A DNA stretch of 64,000 nucleotides from a virus (taxonomy: Duplodnaviria > Caudoviricetes). Both the position numbers and the translations under genes were made by a program. The notes below the pieces were generated by a model. That model was given only the letters and a program-made list of their open reading frames with translations. It was not told the origin of the DNA and searched no databases. Positions 7,162 to 18,042 of the stretch are shown one piece after another. Every line of letters begins with the position of its first letter. Position 1 is the stretch's first letter. Location of the stretch: positions 1 to 64,000 of IMG/VR virus record IMGVR_UViG_3300035454_000831. One strand, written 5' to 3'.

Positions 7162-9570
7162 ATGTCACACAATAAAACAATAGACCTCACAGCCAGGGAG
7201 TTCGACACAAACCTTCTAGCCCTGATAGACACACTCAAGAAGGAGTCTCCGGAGAGCTGGAATTCGTTTTATGAAGGTGACCTTGGCAAGATAGTACTCG
7301 ACCTAATATCCTACGACTTTTCGATTCTCAGCTATACAGCCGATATGGCAGCTGGTGAGTCCTTCATCGACACCCATAAGACTATTGAGGCTCAACAGCA
7401 CTTCTGCAGTCAGAACGGATATAAAGTTCGTGGTGCCACAGCGGCAGTAATAGAGCTATACTGTCAAACATCTTCTCCCCCGCAAACGGGTTCCTATCAG
7501 TTGATCAAGAAAGGGTCTCGGATTAGGAGTAATAACGGTCTAGTGTGGGAAGTGTCGAAAGATCATTATATAGAACCCGGGAAGTCTACTCCAGTGGTAG
7601 AGGTGTTAAGGTACGGGGACTTGAGGGGATCAGTAGTTTCCCCGACCGGGACCGTAACCAAGGTTGACGCTCTTATCACCATAAAGCCGGGGTCGAGCCA
7701 GGCCATATTGACGGATACGAATGGCGTAAGGCTATCTTCTGAGGTCGGCTTCGGCGTGGTGTCAGAGGGGTCTGTCTTGAAGTTGGTCAGGGCGTACAGC
7801 CCCTCCAGTGGAGTCTTCGGACCTCCACCAGGACCAACCAGGAACGAGTACGCTATAATAGGTGTTGGGAAACTAGACACGGACGCTTACGATAAGTCGG
7901 TTTTATTCCTTGATCGAGTTTGGGATCAGGACACTAACTTCATTGGTCAGTGGGTGATCGAGAACAGGAATGTGGAAGTCACTCAAGGTGAAAGTTTCCA
8001 GGAGTCATATATTGTCCCGGAAGTTCTGGAGGACAGAGTTAATTGGACCACAAAGACATCCTTTTACCCAGTCATCTTCACTAACAATGAAGGTGTCATG
8101 CCCTCTGGATTCTTCGGAAACTCCCTTGATGGAGACGGGTATACGAACACCGGGGTTGAAGTCTACGTTAATGGTATTCAATGGGAGGAAACAAGTAACC
8201 TGATCTTCGAGACCCCGACGTCAAGAGTTTATCAAGTCTCGATCGATGAACTCGGGAGAGTGGTAATAAAATTCGGGGATGGTAGATTTGGGAAGGTCCT
8301 TCCGAGCAGCGCCGTAGTTGATATAAAATACAGGGTGGGTGGCGGTAAAGATGGTAACGTTCCACAAGGGTATTTCAACACTTCAATTCAGGCGGAGTCA
8401 TCAACCGGAGACTCAGTCACTGTTTATATTTCCAATCCGTACACAGTTGGTAGGGGCGGTCAGGATAGAGAGTCTATGGACTCGGTCCGGGCGAACCTCA
8501 AAAACTTCATCAGAACGAACGATAGGGCGGTGAGCGGGGAGGATTACGACTACTTGGCGTCCAACTTCGTCGATAGCAATGGCGGAAGGATAAAGTATGC
8601 CAAATCGGTGCTCAACACAAACATGGTCCCACGGGAACAGAATTTGGTTTGGGTATACACCTGGACAGAAGGAGTGAACGGCCAACTCACTAGACCAAAC
8701 TCGTTATTGAAACGAAGACTTCACGAGTATTTGGACAAGCGAAAAATGCTGTGTGACGAGGTGGTAATCTTGGATGGTCAAGTCAAGAATGTGCCAGTAG
8801 AATTTCGATACAAATATTCAAAGGAGGCGAACGAGTCGGAAGTACAGGAATCAGTGAGGGCTTCCATCAATGGAGTCTTCAAGTCTCTGTTACCTGGAGA
8901 TCAGTTGTCTATAAGCAGGCTATATGAAGCTATGGAAGCAATTCCCCAAGTCGAGTGGGTTAACTTCTACAGCCCCTATGAAAACATATCACCTCAGTCG
9001 GAATACACCCTACTGATAAACTCGGTTCAGCCAGCAGCTAGGTCCAGCCTGACCTCTCAAGTGTCAAGAACAGATACCATGTTGTTGGTAAGCGACTCAT
9101 CCAGTTTCGTTGTTGGTGGTCTGATCGCGTTGTTCGAGCTCGGTAGGTCCTCCTCCTGTGCCATAATAGAGTCGATCTCAGGGAACATAATTTCTATTAG
9201 ACCGGAGACTCCCTTGATCGACGACTACACCACCGCCGCTACTATCCTCAACTCAGATTGGTACGCGATGGGGTGGCAGTATGACAAAGTGGTGAATGTT
9301 TACGTCACATATGATACTCTGAACGGAGATTCTCTGGTATACGTCGGTCATCAAATCAAAAAGAAGATGAATGACTACTTCACACGAATCATAAGCGTGG
9401 GAGAGTCAGTATCACGGGTTGTCCTGCAATCTTTGGTCTCTTCAATTAGTGGTATAACCTCCTACAGCGTGAACATCGGTAGCGTTGACTCACAGGTTGA
9501 AATGGTGTCAATGATTCCGCGAGAAAAAGCAGTCCTTGGGAAGGTTATTATAAACGGTACAGATTTCTAA
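7162..9570 (+). CDS. Baseplate wedge protein, gp6/baseplate J-like
   Basis: IKFGDGRFGK, YRVGGGKDGN, GGQDRES and RAVSGEDY motifs. Confidence 0.88.
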   Translation: MSHNKTIDLTAREFDTNLLALIDTLKKESPESWNSFYEGDLGKIVLDLISYDFSILSYTADMAAGESFIDTHKTIEAQQHFCSQNGYKVRGATAAVIELYCQTSSPPQTGSYQLIKKGSRIRSNNGLVWEVSKDHYIEPGKSTPVVEVLRYGDLRGSVVSPTGTVTKVDALITIKPGSSQAILTDTNGVRLSSEVGFGVVSEGSVLKLVRAYSPSSGVFGPPPGPTRNEYAIIGVGKLDTDAYDKSVLFLDRVWDQDTNFIGQWVIENRNVEVTQGESFQESYIVPEVLEDRVNWTTKTSFYPVIFTNNEGVMPSGFFGNSLDGDGYTNTGVEVYVNGIQWEETSNLIFETPTSRVYQVSIDELGRVVIKFGDGRFGKVLPSSAVVDIKYRVGGGKDGNVPQGYFNTSIQAESSTGDSVTVYISNPYTVGRGGQDRESMDSVRANLKNFIRTNDRAVSGEDYDYLASNFVDSNGGRIKYAKSVLNTNMVPREQNLVWVYTWTEGVNGQLTRPNSLLKRRLHEYLDKRKMLCDEVVILDGQVKNVPVEFRYKYSKEANESEVQESVRASINGVFKSLLPGDQLSISRLYEAMEAIPQVEWVNFYSPYENISPQSEYTLLINSVQPAARSSLTSQVSRTDTMLLVSDSSSFVVGGLIALFELGRSSSCAIIESISGNIISIRPETPLIDDYTTAATILNSDWYAMGWQYDKVVNVYVTYDTLNGDSLVYVGHQIKKKMNDYFTRIISVGESVSRVVLQSLVSSISGITSYSVNIGSVDSQVEMVSMIPREKAVLGKVIINGTDF

Positions 9571-9575
9571 CTAAA

Positions 9576-11573
9576 ATGGCTGGTCAAACTATTCTTCACA
9601 AACTTTTCGGGTGGTACTCGGCGTCACCTATAAATCTGACCAAACAGGAGGTTAAAGGTCGAAAACCCTCGTGGACGGACATGATGGGGGGAGGTGGTGG
9701 TGGTTCTTCAAGGTCATTCAGTGACCTTCTGAAGCCATCCGACAATCCGGTCGACAAACAATCCGATATGGAGACCATGATGAACTCCGACATCGGTAGG
9801 CCGATCATCGAAACATATGCCGAGGAGGCTAGTCAACTCGACATCAACAAGCAGAAATCAGTATGGTATGAGTGCAATGACTCTTCAATAGAGGAGGAGT
9901 TGAATAACATGCTGGAGACGATTGGTGTGGAGGATAGCATACACTCTATTTGTTACCAGCTATCGGGAAAGGGTAATCACTTCAGGCGCATCCTTTACAA
10001 CAACAACGACGGCGTTGTCGGTTTCGTATCCGTTCCTCACCAGGACATACGAAGAATTTGGGATCAGACCAGTAAAAGGTTATTGGGTTTTGTTTGGCAA
10101 GGGCAACAACCATCAGAGCCCACTTTGGACGGGAATGAGCATATGTTCTCGCCATGGTCGTTTATCCACTTCAGGAACGTCCTTGATCCAAACTCTGAGT
10201 ATGGGAGCTCGATGGTAGAGCACCTCTACCCGATGTTTAAGAGGATGCAGTATGGATTGAACCAGATGACCATGTATCGTCTCCACTGCATGCCAAATAG
10301 GCACGTCTTCTGGATAGATGGTGGTACGCAGGACTTCACATCTATCATGGAGCAGGCTCACATGTTCGAGTCCATGATGAGGCAGAAGAGCATGATCGGT
10401 AATGCCGGGATGTTGGAGAGTAGATTTGATCCTCCAGCGATGGATAGTATGCTTTTCATTCCAAAGCGCACTGGAGAGGAAACGAAGTATGAAGTGATGC
10501 AGGGGGATAAAGAGGTCCCGGATGTCTACGATCTTGAATATCTGGCAAAATGCTTCTATGGAGGTGCCAGGATTCCGAAAGCGTATCTTGGTCATGGTGA
10601 TGACGGCGGTAATGGAATGGCGAAGGCATCCTTGGTATCTCAAGACATTAGGTTCGCGAGGATGATCAGAGTATTGCGCAGGCCAGTGATATACGGATTC
10701 TGGCAGTTGGCCTGCATTCATCTGGCTTTGAAAGGTAGAGATCCCGCTCAGTACAACATAAAGGTACGGATGTCGAAGATTTCGGCTTTGGAGGAGGAAG
10801 TGAATGCGGCTACGCTTGAGTCACAGATGCGAATGGCGGGTGATATGACGAGGTTATGTAAAGACCTTGAGATACCAAATAGTGCCACCATGGAACTCAT
10901 TTTCAAAGAGTACCTGAAGGTTCCAAGGAATTTCATCGATCTTGCCAAGTTGGCCATGTCGGTATCGTCAGCTGCGGCTGGTAATGATACTTCTGATTCT
11001 ATGTTCGGTGGTCTCGGCGGGGGAGGTGGTAGTGACTTCGGTGATTTAGGGGGAGAAACTGGTGGGGAAGAGGTCGAGGGCGAGGCCGACGTCGAGGACC
11101 TCCCGGTAGAGGCCAGGAGGTCCCTGAACAAGATCCTGGTAGAGGGCGTAAAGAGTATCAGGCAGAGAAGGAAGAGTGGAACACTTACCGAGGAACTTAA
11201 AGGGTCAATTAATGAATCACTCAGCTCCATGAACGCGAATTTATCTGAAATACAGTCAATTCGGATGAGTAAGAAGTCGTCTCTGACTGAGCAGATAGAG
11301 AATGAGGTCTCAACATTGGCGAGTATCAGCTGGCCAATGCCTAAACCGAAAGTGTTGCTCCTTGCGGAGTCCGGTTCCGGCTCAAAACTGGATAGTAACA
11401 AACTGCTCCTGGAAGATATTGAGTCCTTCAAAACTGCCTTGGAACTCCAGGAGTCAGCCTTCAAGAAGAAACCTTCTAATAAAGCCGTCCAGATGGTCGA
11501 AAATGCTCGTAAGGCTAAATCCATCAAAGCTAAGAAGAGGAAGTCAAGGGAACTACCGGACAATCTCAAGTAA
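9576..11573 (+). CDS. gp20: Portal protein, gp20-like, with a long C-terminal extension
   Basis: IHFR, YGSSM, MYRL..PNRHVFWID, RIPKAYLG and QDIRFAR motifs. Confidence 0.9.
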   Translation: MAGQTILHKLFGWYSASPINLTKQEVKGRKPSWTDMMGGGGGGSSRSFSDLLKPSDNPVDKQSDMETMMNSDIGRPIIETYAEEASQLDINKQKSVWYECNDSSIEEELNNMLETIGVEDSIHSICYQLSGKGNHFRRILYNNNDGVVGFVSVPHQDIRRIWDQTSKRLLGFVWQGQQPSEPTLDGNEHMFSPWSFIHFRNVLDPNSEYGSSMVEHLYPMFKRMQYGLNQMTMYRLHCMPNRHVFWIDGGTQDFTSIMEQAHMFESMMRQKSMIGNAGMLESRFDPPAMDSMLFIPKRTGEETKYEVMQGDKEVPDVYDLEYLAKCFYGGARIPKAYLGHGDDGGNGMAKASLVSQDIRFARMIRVLRRPVIYGFWQLACIHLALKGRDPAQYNIKVRMSKISALEEEVNAATLESQMRMAGDMTRLCKDLEIPNSATMELIFKEYLKVPRNFIDLAKLAMSVSSAAAGNDTSDSMFGGLGGGGGSDFGDLGGETGGEEVEGEADVEDLPVEARRSLNKILVEGVKSIRQRRKSGTLTEELKGSINESLSSMNANLSEIQSIRMSKKSSLTEQIENEVSTLASISWPMPKPKVLLLAESGSGSKLDSNKLLLEDIESFKTALELQESAFKKKPSNKAVQMVENARKAKSIKAKKRKSRELPDNLK

Positions 11574-11577
11574 CAAC

Positions 11578-11584
11578 TAGTTAT
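11578..11584 (+). promoter_or_regulatory. Putative late promoter TAGTTAT
   Basis: 4 nt gap to GTG 11589. Confidence 0.65.
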
Positions 11585-11588
11585 CTGA

Positions 11589-14500
11589 GTGACGGTAAGC
11601 CTACGAAACAACAGCAATCAGTCTCTCAGCATCTATTACTACGAGGGTGGTAAGGAAAAGATACTAGAGTTGCCAGCCGCTCAAACGGTACAACTGGATG
11701 GCATAGACCGACTTAGTACGGCGACCGAGAGGCTGATAAAAAGTAAGTATTTGAGCGTTGTATACTCGACCACCGCGCAACCGGAGGTGACTCCGGTTCG
11801 AGTCAGTGGGATGGCTTGGGCAGCCCAGTGGAATCAGAACGTCAGTTACCTTCCCGGATACGTGACTGGGTACCTAGGGTCTGTGTGGGTTTCAAAGAAA
11901 GTATCCAAAAATAGTGAACCCTCGTTACTGAGCCCTGATTGGGAACTGATAGGAGTTCAAGACATCACCTCGTTGTTGGAGGTTACTACTGGTAGCCTGG
12001 ACGTTGGTAGTATAATCTACCGAACTGCGTCCGGATGGACTTCTGGACCAATATCCGACGCCTCAATAACTGGTTTGATATCGATCTCAAAAATCGATGG
12101 TCTATCTAGTCAACTTGGGGACAAACTTTCCAAAACTGGCTCCGGGCAGACCATCACTAGCCATGTTTCATACACTGGATCAGTCTCGGGAGCGGATAGC
12201 TTGGTCAATAAGAATTACGTTGACCAAAAACTGGCGAAAGACGGTGGAACTGTCACTGGACAAATCCTCTACGATCCTTCAGTTCCGATCAGTAACGCGT
12301 ACCAGTTGGTAACCAAAGCATACGTTGATAATCAACTGACAACCTTCGTTCCTCTGTCAGGAAACGTTTCCCTGACAGGACCACTCTCGTTGTCTGGAGC
12401 ACCTACGGCCAGCCTACACGCGGCTACTAAAGCGTACGTTGATTCCAGGGCCTTGGCGGGTGGAACTCTGACCGGGAAGTTGAAGTTACCAACCGGATTC
12501 ACAATCTCCGATAACACGGATCTCACGAATAAAGCGTACGTTGATTCCAGGGCCTTGGCGGGTGGAACCCTGACCGGGAAACTTCAACTTCCTACTGGAT
12601 TCACAATCTCCGATAACACGGATCTCACGAATAAAGCGTACGTTGATTCAACGATATTGGGATCGGTTCAGAAAACCGGGGGAGTGCTCACTGGTCTGTT
12701 ATACTACAAGATACCGAAGACGGGGGTGTCTGTCCTGGCCAGCACCGATACCTTCTTCAAGGCAACGCACGGTTTGAAGAGTGGTAGAGCTGTAACTCCG
12801 GTCTCACTTCCGCAACCTGGATTCGGTGGTATAACTGTCAGTCAGACCTATTACGTCATAAGGATAGATTACGACAGGTTCAAGCTCGCCAGCACCTTCG
12901 GCAATTCCACAACGGGTGCCGTGGATCAAACAGTACTGACTACCAGCTCTACTGAGGGGCTATCGGTTGGACAGCCAATAACTGGCACCGGATTCGCCCC
13001 GGGGACGGTGATAGACAGCATTGATAGTCAGACCACCTTCTCGATAAGCCTGCCGCTTGAGCAGGCACAACCAAGACCAATAGACATAACTTCGGACGGT
13101 TCTGGTGGTTCCTTCACTTATGTGGACCAAAGAACCGATGATTCAATTCCTACCAAGGACTACATTGATGATCTTCTCGGGATCAGTGGTGAGGTCCTCC
13201 TAACTACTGGCGGGGAGATGTCAGGTCCGATAACTGGGAATCATGGTCTTCTTCAACTGGACGGCAACAAGGCGATGGTTGGAGCAATTACTTTGGCCAG
13301 CCTGCCAGACGTGTCCTCTGGAACCTGGGATATACTAGGATTTTCTTTAGATTCGGCCACTGAGACCAGAGTTTACATCAACGGAATACAAGATTGGAAG
13401 TCCTATCACGACATAGAGATCAGCGGCACGTCCCAATATAATGGCGTCTATGAGGTGACGTCCGTGAACGTCGAGGAAAGCTATTTGGTAATCGACAAGG
13501 AATTCGTTGGGTCTGGTAGTAGTGGTACTGCTACGCAGTTGTCCGGTGGTCTTTATTACTCGACCTCGGAGGGAGGCGTATCCTACAGGAGGAGACGCTT
13601 CCTGACAAGAGGATCGACTGTTCTGACGAATGATGACTACACCCTCCAAGCAGGTGATGGTATCATACTGTCAAACTCAAATGGGGTCTCGATGGTTGAC
13701 CTTGGACAGCCCTCGGAAGCAGCTGGACAAGTGACGGTGAAGAAGCTCAATAACACCAATGGAGCTTCAGTGATCGTCAATTCTGGAGGTGACGGAGGTG
13801 ACTCAAATTTGGTTCTCGATACCGTTAATGATTCAGTCACTCTAGATCCAGTAAGGGACAATCCAGGGGAAGAACCTCCGGTGTTCAGATGGCAAGTGGT
13901 CTCCAGGGTCAGAAACGGCGAGAACGTCAATAGAGTAGTGTTCAGCGGCGCGGTTCTAGTAGGCCCCGGTAGAACTGATATCGATGTGATCTCGAATAGG
14001 AGTTTCGAAAAAACCGCGAAATCCGTATCCGTAAGTAACGCTTCAAGTAATCTCTCGATCGTGGTTGATGACGCTTCTGCCTTCGACACCGCGACTTTGA
14101 TAAGCATTGAGGGATCAACCTCCGGGTACAACGGTAACTACTCCAAGAGTGCCATAATAAGCATCAACTCTGGGACTAATACTATCGTATTGTCCAACAT
14201 CAACTCGGTCTCGATAGTTGATGAGGCTGGATTCTTCCTAGTAGCGAAAGTATACGAGCCGCTGAAGTCGAACCTGGCAGCTGGAACTTCGACTTCGGAG
14301 CTCGCTATTAGGGATACTGTGAAATCCAGTAAAATCGCAGGGTTCTCAAGCGCTGGCACTGGATTCACCAATATAATAATAGGGGACAACATCGAAATAA
14401 CAGCGGTGGAGAACGTTCCTGTCATCATTACCGGAGTTTCTACGGCAGGGGCTGGTCCGTACACCCTGTATAAGGAAGACCATGGATGTTCCGACGGTGA

Positions 14501-16772
14501 CTACGTCATGATCGAGTTCACCAGCGGATTCGCTGGTCTTGCTACTGAAAGTTACTACTACGTGACGAATGCCACTGCTGATGAGCTGGAGTTGGAAGAG
14601 ACAATTGGGGCCGGGGCGATCTCGATAACAACTGTCGGATCGGACGCGACCATCACAAACACTACCATGATAAGTGGTCAGGTGAGAGTGATTCTCGACG
14701 AGGAGGAATTCCAAGCGATTCATCCGGAAGGTTTGGAATTCGGGGATAGGGTCAACATCCAGTGGGATTCACCCTATAACGGTTCCTACCTAGTTGAGGC
14801 TTTCGAGGTTCCTGATGAGGGCGTAACGGCACCAGCGGTGATCATTAATAAGGATTACTCAGTACCGACGTCTGGGTCAGCCAAGCTTTCCAAAGCAGTG
14901 GTAGTGTCAGACTGGATTCCTACTCATCACAGCATAGAGATTGACGGCACCACCTACTACAACACGCCGAACGCCACCACACCGCTGGGGCCAGCGCTTG
15001 ATTTGATATCGGTTGACGACGTCCTCTCTACACTCACCGTAAAAGCCCCGTACAATGCTTCGGAACCGTACTCCAGCAGCGCTATGGTGTATGGAATGGT
15101 CGCCAACAATATTTTTGAACACCCTAGCACGTTCGGGAAGGTTCTGAGTGGTAACGGTGGGGATCTAGTCACTGCAAGGACCGATGGTGATGGCGACCTG
15201 ACCCTGAGGCTCGCTAACAAGGTTCTTGTAAATCAGTCCTCAACCAACATCTCAGATATTTCAAGGGAGCTCTCCGGGTCTTATCTTCACATGATCTCTG
15301 GAGGGATCCTCGACGTCTCCGGTAGAGTATCCGGAACGGTATCTGGGGTGAGTGTCTATTCAGCCGGAATAACCTCGGGAGGTTCCAGTAACACTCATAC
15401 TCTGCAGAATGTCCTTGATTTCAGAATCGGGGACGTCGTACAACTCTCTGGAGAAACAGCAACTAGACGAATAACTGGAGTCACATCAACCACCGTGACC
15501 TTCAGTGGGACAGCTTACACGCCCCTGGGTTCAGCTTCAGTAACTAACCTCTCTGTCGTTCAGTTGACCCTGAACGACACCGATACCAACATTTTTGTTG
15601 CTGGTGATCAGGTATTAATGAGGGGTCTCACTTCCCTTGGTGGAGACTATCTTAGAGGCGTCGTTTCAGCAACTTCCACTCTCATCGCCAGCCCTTATAC
15701 GGCAGCACGCGTTACGTTACGAGGATTCAACAGAGTATCAACCAGCAATACGGATGAGTTGGAGCCCATCGTGAGTGTAGTTTCAAACACCTCCAATGAC
15801 AGCCTCGATTTCATTGCCCCGCACAACCTAGTCACTGGTCAAGCCCTAAGACTTGAGTTCCCGGGAGAGATAACTGGTGTTGGGACAATGACCTCCACAA
15901 CCAACTTGATCACTGGAGCGAGCATCTACGCAAGGAGTGTATGGGCAATCAAGACCGGAGCTCTATCAATACAGATTGCAGGGAGCCAGTCCGATGCCTA
16001 CAACGGCGTCACCATCAATATCAGCGTGAACGGTGACGTTGGGAATGTTACCCCTCTTTCTACCATAGAAAACCCGTTTGATCCAGCAGAGTCTACTTCT
16101 GGCACAATTGAAGTTCCAGCCTTCACAAACGCCTATACAATCAAACCTTGGTCATGGTTGTCTTGGCGGAGCACATTCGCCCTTACTGGCAGCAATATAA
16201 CGAGTTGGGGTGATTATTCCGGTAACCTTCGGAGCTTTGTGGCGGCTGCGAACTGGCCAACCATAAAGGATGGGCTAACTACCCTCAACAGCTTTAACGG
16301 AGTTCTTGGAATAAAATGTGCCGTTTTCGGGGCCACGTCCAGGATAGCATACACGCTTCCGGCTTCGAAGTCTCAGGCATTATCCATTGTGCTCGTTGCC
16401 AAGACGAGTGCCAACGGAGTGATATTCGAGAGTGGTACCACTAGCCTTTCACGCGGTACTTCCACCTACACCTTGAGTGGAGCTAGTTCTTCCTCGATTG
16501 CTGGTGGAACTCCCGGAACAGCTGCTGCCGTTTATACCATCGTACTAAACGGTACCAACTCCAGATTCAGGAAGTTTACTTCTAAGTCGGTCGCCCCACA
16601 AGAGTTTACGGGAAATATAATAGGCGGGTTCACGACCAGCGTTGGACTCGGGAAGACGTCTGGAGGATTCTCTGGAGACATCTCGGCTATGCTGATATTC
16701 GAAAATGCCTTGACCGATGACCAGATATCCTTCTTGGAAAGAAGTCTAGCATACGAACACGGAATTTCCTAA
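11589..16772 (+). CDS. Large tail fibre / virion adhesin
   Basis: 1727 aa, S/T/G-rich. (T/N)KAYVD fibre repeats, repeated HG..G.V...YYV beta modules, C-terminal ConA/LamG-like domain. Confidence 0.8.
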   Translation: MTVSLRNNSNQSLSIYYYEGGKEKILELPAAQTVQLDGIDRLSTATERLIKSKYLSVVYSTTAQPEVTPVRVSGMAWAAQWNQNVSYLPGYVTGYLGSVWVSKKVSKNSEPSLLSPDWELIGVQDITSLLEVTTGSLDVGSIIYRTASGWTSGPISDASITGLISISKIDGLSSQLGDKLSKTGSGQTITSHVSYTGSVSGADSLVNKNYVDQKLAKDGGTVTGQILYDPSVPISNAYQLVTKAYVDNQLTTFVPLSGNVSLTGPLSLSGAPTASLHAATKAYVDSRALAGGTLTGKLKLPTGFTISDNTDLTNKAYVDSRALAGGTLTGKLQLPTGFTISDNTDLTNKAYVDSTILGSVQKTGGVLTGLLYYKIPKTGVSVLASTDTFFKATHGLKSGRAVTPVSLPQPGFGGITVSQTYYVIRIDYDRFKLASTFGNSTTGAVDQTVLTTSSTEGLSVGQPITGTGFAPGTVIDSIDSQTTFSISLPLEQAQPRPIDITSDGSGGSFTYVDQRTDDSIPTKDYIDDLLGISGEVLLTTGGEMSGPITGNHGLLQLDGNKAMVGAITLASLPDVSSGTWDILGFSLDSATETRVYINGIQDWKSYHDIEISGTSQYNGVYEVTSVNVEESYLVIDKEFVGSGSSGTATQLSGGLYYSTSEGGVSYRRRRFLTRGSTVLTNDDYTLQAGDGIILSNSNGVSMVDLGQPSEAAGQVTVKKLNNTNGASVIVNSGGDGGDSNLVLDTVNDSVTLDPVRDNPGEEPPVFRWQVVSRVRNGENVNRVVFSGAVLVGPGRTDIDVISNRSFEKTAKSVSVSNASSNLSIVVDDASAFDTATLISIEGSTSGYNGNYSKSAIISINSGTNTIVLSNINSVSIVDEAGFFLVAKVYEPLKSNLAAGTSTSELAIRDTVKSSKIAGFSSAGTGFTNIIIGDNIEITAVENVPVIITGVSTAGAGPYTLYKEDHGCSDGDYVMIEFTSGFAGLATESYYYVTNATADELELEETIGAGAISITTVGSDATITNTTMISGQVRVILDEEEFQAIHPEGLEFGDRVNIQWDSPYNGSYLVEAFEVPDEGVTAPAVIINKDYSVPTSGSAKLSKAVVVSDWIPTHHSIEIDGTTYYNTPNATTPLGPALDLISVDDVLSTLTVKAPYNASEPYSSSAMVYGMVANNIFEHPSTFGKVLSGNGGDLVTARTDGDGDLTLRLANKVLVNQSSTNISDISRELSGSYLHMISGGILDVSGRVSGTVSGVSVYSAGITSGGSSNTHTLQNVLDFRIGDVVQLSGETATRRITGVTSTTVTFSGTAYTPLGSASVTNLSVVQLTLNDTDTNIFVAGDQVLMRGLTSLGGDYLRGVVSATSTLIASPYTAARVTLRGFNRVSTSNTDELEPIVSVVSNTSNDSLDFIAPHNLVTGQALRLEFPGEITGVGTMTSTTNLITGASIYARSVWAIKTGALSIQIAGSQSDAYNGVTINISVNGDVGNVTPLSTIENPFDPAESTSGTIEVPAFTNAYTIKPWSWLSWRSTFALTGSNITSWGDYSGNLRSFVAAANWPTIKDGLTTLNSFNGVLGIKCAVFGATSRIAYTLPASKSQALSIVLVAKTSANGVIFESGTTSLSRGTSTYTLSGASSSSIAGGTPGTAAAVYTIVLNGTNSRFRKFTSKSVAPQEFTGNIIGGFTTSVGLGKTSGGFSGDISAMLIFENALTDDQISFLERSLAYEHGIS
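12428..12649 (+). repeat. 102-bp in-frame tandem duplication (about 2.2 copies) in the fibre gene
   Basis: Units start at 12428, 12530 and 12632; near-identical DNA. Confidence 0.92.
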
Positions 16773-17326
16773 TGGGCCTCCTAAAGTCTCCAGTAAATCA
16801 GCTAGCTTTTAATCTCGAACCGATTAGGAAGTCTCATTATATCCTGAAGGTGTCAAGGTGGGACGGGGTCTCAATACCAGAGGTTGGGTCTAATACTGGT
16901 CATCTACACATCGTCAATATCGGGGACTTGGTCAATGAGATTGCAACGGAGAGGTATAAGCCATTCAACGCCGACTATGAGATTCCGTCTTCGAAACCAG
17001 TATCCTCGATAAACGTCTCAATAAGATTCCTAGATAAAAAGGAAGTGTACAACTTCTTCACCGAGTGGCATAAGAAGATCTACAACGTCAATCGTGGATC
17101 GATCGCTCTATACAACAGCATTGTTGGATCTGGATCGATAGAAGTTTATGGTCCGAGCGAACCGGGGCAAGCGATAGCATCTCCGACCACCCCTATTTAC
17201 ACGATCAAACTTCTAGACGTCTGGCCGAAGACAATCACGATAAATGGATTCGATTCTGATGACGACGGCACTACTCCTGCTTCTTGGGGGGTCAACCTAT
17301 CGGTTGGCGGGGTCATCTACGAATAA
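16772..17326 (+). CDS. Tail tube-fold protein (gp19/gp54-like)
   Basis: YNFFTEWHKKIYN and IKLLDVWPKTI are typical of the tube fold. Confidence 0.7.
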   Translation: MGLLKSPVNQLAFNLEPIRKSHYILKVSRWDGVSIPEVGSNTGHLHIVNIGDLVNEIATERYKPFNADYEIPSSKPVSSINVSIRFLDKKEVYNFFTEWHKKIYNVNRGSIALYNSIVGSGSIEVYGPSEPGQAIASPTTPIYTIKLLDVWPKTITINGFDSDDDGTTPASWGVNLSVGGVIYE

Positions 17327-18041
17327 CTCCAGACACCTCTAGAAAGAGGTTCTTGAACTCTTCTCTTGTGGAAGATTCTGAGATCTTGAACTCACCTCTT
17401 CCGAGGCAATACTCAGAGAAGGCTTCTTCATACTCTCCGAGCCTCTTCACATCACCTCCATAGGTGGAGATAAGGGGCTTAATGGAAAATGGCCTTCTAC
17501 CCCTCACGAAGTCACTGACGGAGGCGTGCCGTCTGAAGTCCAACGACTGTAGTTGGGATGGGGTGACTGAGTTCTTGGTAAGGGCGTTTAGAATGTGAAT
17601 AACGACCAGCTTATCGATGGCAGTGGTAAACTTATTAATCACATCCTTGAATTTGAAAGACCCGTTCAGAACCTTCGCTATTCTATCGATCAGGGCTTCC
17701 TTTACGAACACCTGCATGTTTGCCCACCGAACCTTCTCACCAGAAGTAATATTCAAGCTCCAGTGCCTTCTCCCTATGGCCTTGAAAAGGTAGTAGTCAA
17801 TACGGTCGCCAGCTCTGAAATTCACTGGGTAAAGAATGATCTCATCCTTCGCCCTATCATAGGTGAACCTATCGTTGTTGATGGTTGTTTCAGAGAACCT
17901 TATCGACCTGAGTCCGCTACACGACGACGACAGTTTCAGACCGTCGATTCTCCTAGCTATATCAGGAACCGTCTCAGCGAAGACCGCCATCCGTTTAAGG
18001 AAATTCGCCGAGTTACCGCTGTATAGTATCTTGAGATCCAT
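17313..18041 (-). CDS. Hypothetical protein, degenerate zincin-like
   Basis: 242 aa; STYG...EYEEAFSEY present, HExxH absent. Confidence 0.6.
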   Translation of the reverse strand: MDLKILYSGNSANFLKRMAVFAETVPDIARRIDGLKLSSSCSGLRSIRFSETTINNDRFTYDRAKDEIILYPVNFRAGDRIDYYLFKAIGRRHWSLNITSGEKVRWANMQVFVKEALIDRIAKVLNGSFKFKDVINKFTTAIDKLVVIHILNALTKNSVTPSQLQSLDFRRHASVSDFVRGRRPFSIKPLISTYGGDVKRLGEYEEAFSEYCLGRGEFKISESSTREEFKNLFLEVSGVIRR

Positions 18042-18042
18042 G

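Noticed and set aside
10748-11617. 289-aa antisense ORF and other long shadow ORFs (e.g. 914-1387, 10113-10721, 13637-14131, 58045-58521)
   Set aside because: They overlap well-supported genes, are low-complexity, and are explained by codon bias
12428-12649. CRISPR-like repeat
   Set aside because: The whole 102-bp unit repeats in frame within a CDS and there are no unique spacers
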